This document shows, piece after piece, positions 48,608-50,060 of a stretch of 50,060 nucleotides of DNA (positions within the stretch are counted from its first letter, which is position 1; each line of letters starts with the position of its first letter). Source of the stretch: Chloroflexota bacterium (GTDB lineage Bacteria > Chloroflexota > Anaerolineae > Anaerolineales > UBA11579); the NCBI GenBank assembly GCA_039714215.1, contig JBDLJU010000003.1, positions 1 through 50,060 on the forward strand. The letters run 5' to 3'. Below the pieces are notes generated by a model, which worked only from the letters and a program-made list of their open reading frames with translations, was not told the DNA's origin and did no database searches. The translations under genes and the position numbers were made by a program.

Positions 48608-48790
48608 ATTAATTCCCAAATGAAATAATTCGTCAATCAGAACAATACTTATATCTTACTCGATTTTCTACTCACCGAGTCACCTTTCCAAAATAGTTAG
48701 CTGTTCTCTCCTAAAAAGCAGGTTAGGGGTTAGGCCCCACCGGAACACTTGAATTTAATTGAATTCCCCGGAAAAACCAGCACAGGTAAC

Positions 48791-48940
48791 TAACTGTCGT
48801 TTTAGACGATTGATCTCTCGCCTGGCTGTTTCCAGATCACTGGTTCCGAGCACCGCTTCTTGGCCCCCCTTTTGTTTAGCTTGAATCCGCTCCCACCATT
48901 TGACTACCAATCCGGGAGTAATCTCCAACTCCCATTCAAT
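48791..48940 (-). mobile_element. IS3-family transposase OrfA relic
   Basis: Start-less frame IEWELEITPGLVVKWWERIQ...SDLETARREINRLKRQL resembles the HTH_Tnp_1 helix plus leucine zipper; no OrfB or terminal inverted repeats seen. Confidence 0.6.
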
Positions 48941-48999
48941 CTATCTTAAAAAATTCATGATACCTTCAGTTCCCGATAAACCAGTAATTAACTTCCCCC

Positions 49000-49030
49000 T
49001 TGACATTGACGTTACGTGATGGTTTAAGAT
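49000..49030 (+). promoter_or_regulatory. MerR-type promoter/operator with 19-bp spacer
   Basis: TTGACA (49000-05)-19 bp-TAAGAT (49025-30); the spacer holds the dyad T[G]ACGT-T-ACGT[G]A typical of Mta/TipA-type operators. Confidence 0.85.
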
Positions 49031-49036
49031 AGCTCT

Positions 49037-49816
49037 ATGAAAGAGAACCTCACGTACTATACCGTCAAACAACTGGCTGATCTGGCCGGGGTGAGCATCC
49101 GCACGCTGCACTACTACGATGAGATCGGGCTGCTCCCACCCGCCCTGGTGGAGGATAACGGCTACCGCCGATACGATCAGAACAGCGTGCTGACCCTGCA
49201 GCAGATCCTTTTCTACCGCGAGCTGGGGATGAACCTCAAAGAAATCGCAGAGGTGATCACCCAGCCCGAGTTTGAGATCGTGCAGGCACTGCAGAGCCAC
49301 AAGCTCAAACTGGGACGTAAGGCGCGGCGCCTGGAGCAGCTGATTGACACTGTTGAAAACACGATCCGGCATTTAGAAGGAGAATTAGAGATGAGTAAAG
49401 AAGAATTGTTCTGTGGATTCAGCGAAGAACAGCAAAAGGAATATGCCAAAGAAGCTGAGAAATTATACGATCCCAGGCTGGCACACCAGTCGCAAGAGCG
49501 CTGGGAGAGCTACACACAAGAGCAGAAAGATGCAGTTCGAGCCGAGGGCGAGGCGATCCATCTGGCGATCCTCGACCGGATGGACGAGGGAGCAGAGAGC
49601 CCGCTGGTTCAAGAGCAGGTGGCGGCGCTGCACAGACATTTTGTGAGCAGCTACTATGACTGCACTTTTGAGATCTTCCGCGGTTTGGGACAGATGTGGG
49701 TCGATGACCCCCGCTTTAATCAGGTCTATGAAAAGATCAAGCCGGGGTTCGCGTTGTTCCTGCGGGAGGCGGTGATGGTGTATACCGAGGGGAAGAGCGG
49801 GCTGCCGGAGATGTAG
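49037..49816 (+). CDS. MerR-family regulator with TipAS effector-binding domain (Mta/TipA-like)
   Basis: YTVKQLADLAGVSIRTLHYYDEIGLL.P..NGYRRY, LQQILFYRELG, GLGQMWVDDPRF...PGFA.FLREA. Confidence 0.95.
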   Translation: MKENLTYYTVKQLADLAGVSIRTLHYYDEIGLLPPALVEDNGYRRYDQNSVLTLQQILFYRELGMNLKEIAEVITQPEFEIVQALQSHKLKLGRKARRLEQLIDTVENTIRHLEGELEMSKEELFCGFSEEQQKEYAKEAEKLYDPRLAHQSQERWESYTQEQKDAVRAEGEAIHLAILDRMDEGAESPLVQEQVAALHRHFVSSYYDCTFEIFRGLGQMWVDDPRFNQVYEKIKPGFALFLREAVMVYTEGKSGLPEM

Positions 49817-50060
49817 GCTGTTTATAGTAAAGAACGAAAAGTTGAATCTTTTTTAGAAGCAGCGTTGGGGTTTTTATCTGGGGGTAGCGATGCCTGACGA
49901 ATTTCCGATCAAATTCGAATAATTGGTATTCCTCTGGATAATCACCAAACAATGTTCCCTTCCAAAATAACCCAGCAGCAAACACCAATCATTACTGGTT
50001 TTTGATTCAGTAGCGGTATAATCCCCTCCGTATGCAAACAACAAACGGCTCCCCCACCTG

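Noticed and set aside
49737-50060. 83-aa minus-strand ORF, and a possible + strand start at 50032 after TATAAT
   Set aside because: The minus ORF overlaps merR and lacks motifs; the + strand start has only nine codons in the window and cannot be supported.

Overview
Bacterial chromosomal window, most likely from a Chloroflexota (Anaerolineae-like) genome. This is inferred from the gene repertoire: PT-linker and NBR1-Ig lipoproteins, TadG-like paralogues, a T-box on leuS, and tRNA-Ala(CGC). The backbone is ordinary: EPS/glycosylation genes, an OmpR-type two-component system, RidA, an ABC exporter, T-box-controlled leuS, two tRNA-Ala genes, an EF-G paralogue, ferritin, hemerythrin, selD, def, recF and glnA. 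Features the ORF track does not show: (1) an AT-rich PfkB-SIS-BtpA cassette between intact leuS and a decayed duplicate of the leuS 3' end plus terminator; (2) a four-helix-bundle pseudogene inside the leuS T-box leader, bracketed by inverted 7-nt repeat arrays; (3) selD with an in-frame UGA (selenocysteine); (4) a lone integron attC-like site among DUF4386 genes downstream of a MalT-like regulator; (5) an aldehyde:ferredoxin oxidoreductase reduced to fused N- and C-termini; (6) a candidate sRNA carrying an anti-Shine-Dalgarno sequence; (7) several apparently leaderless genes; (8) an IS3 orfA relic. No CRISPR array, rRNA, integrase or intact transposase was seen. I cannot claim a complete new system; items 1, 2 and 4 are the best leads. 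All family assignments come from motif recognition by eye, not database searches.
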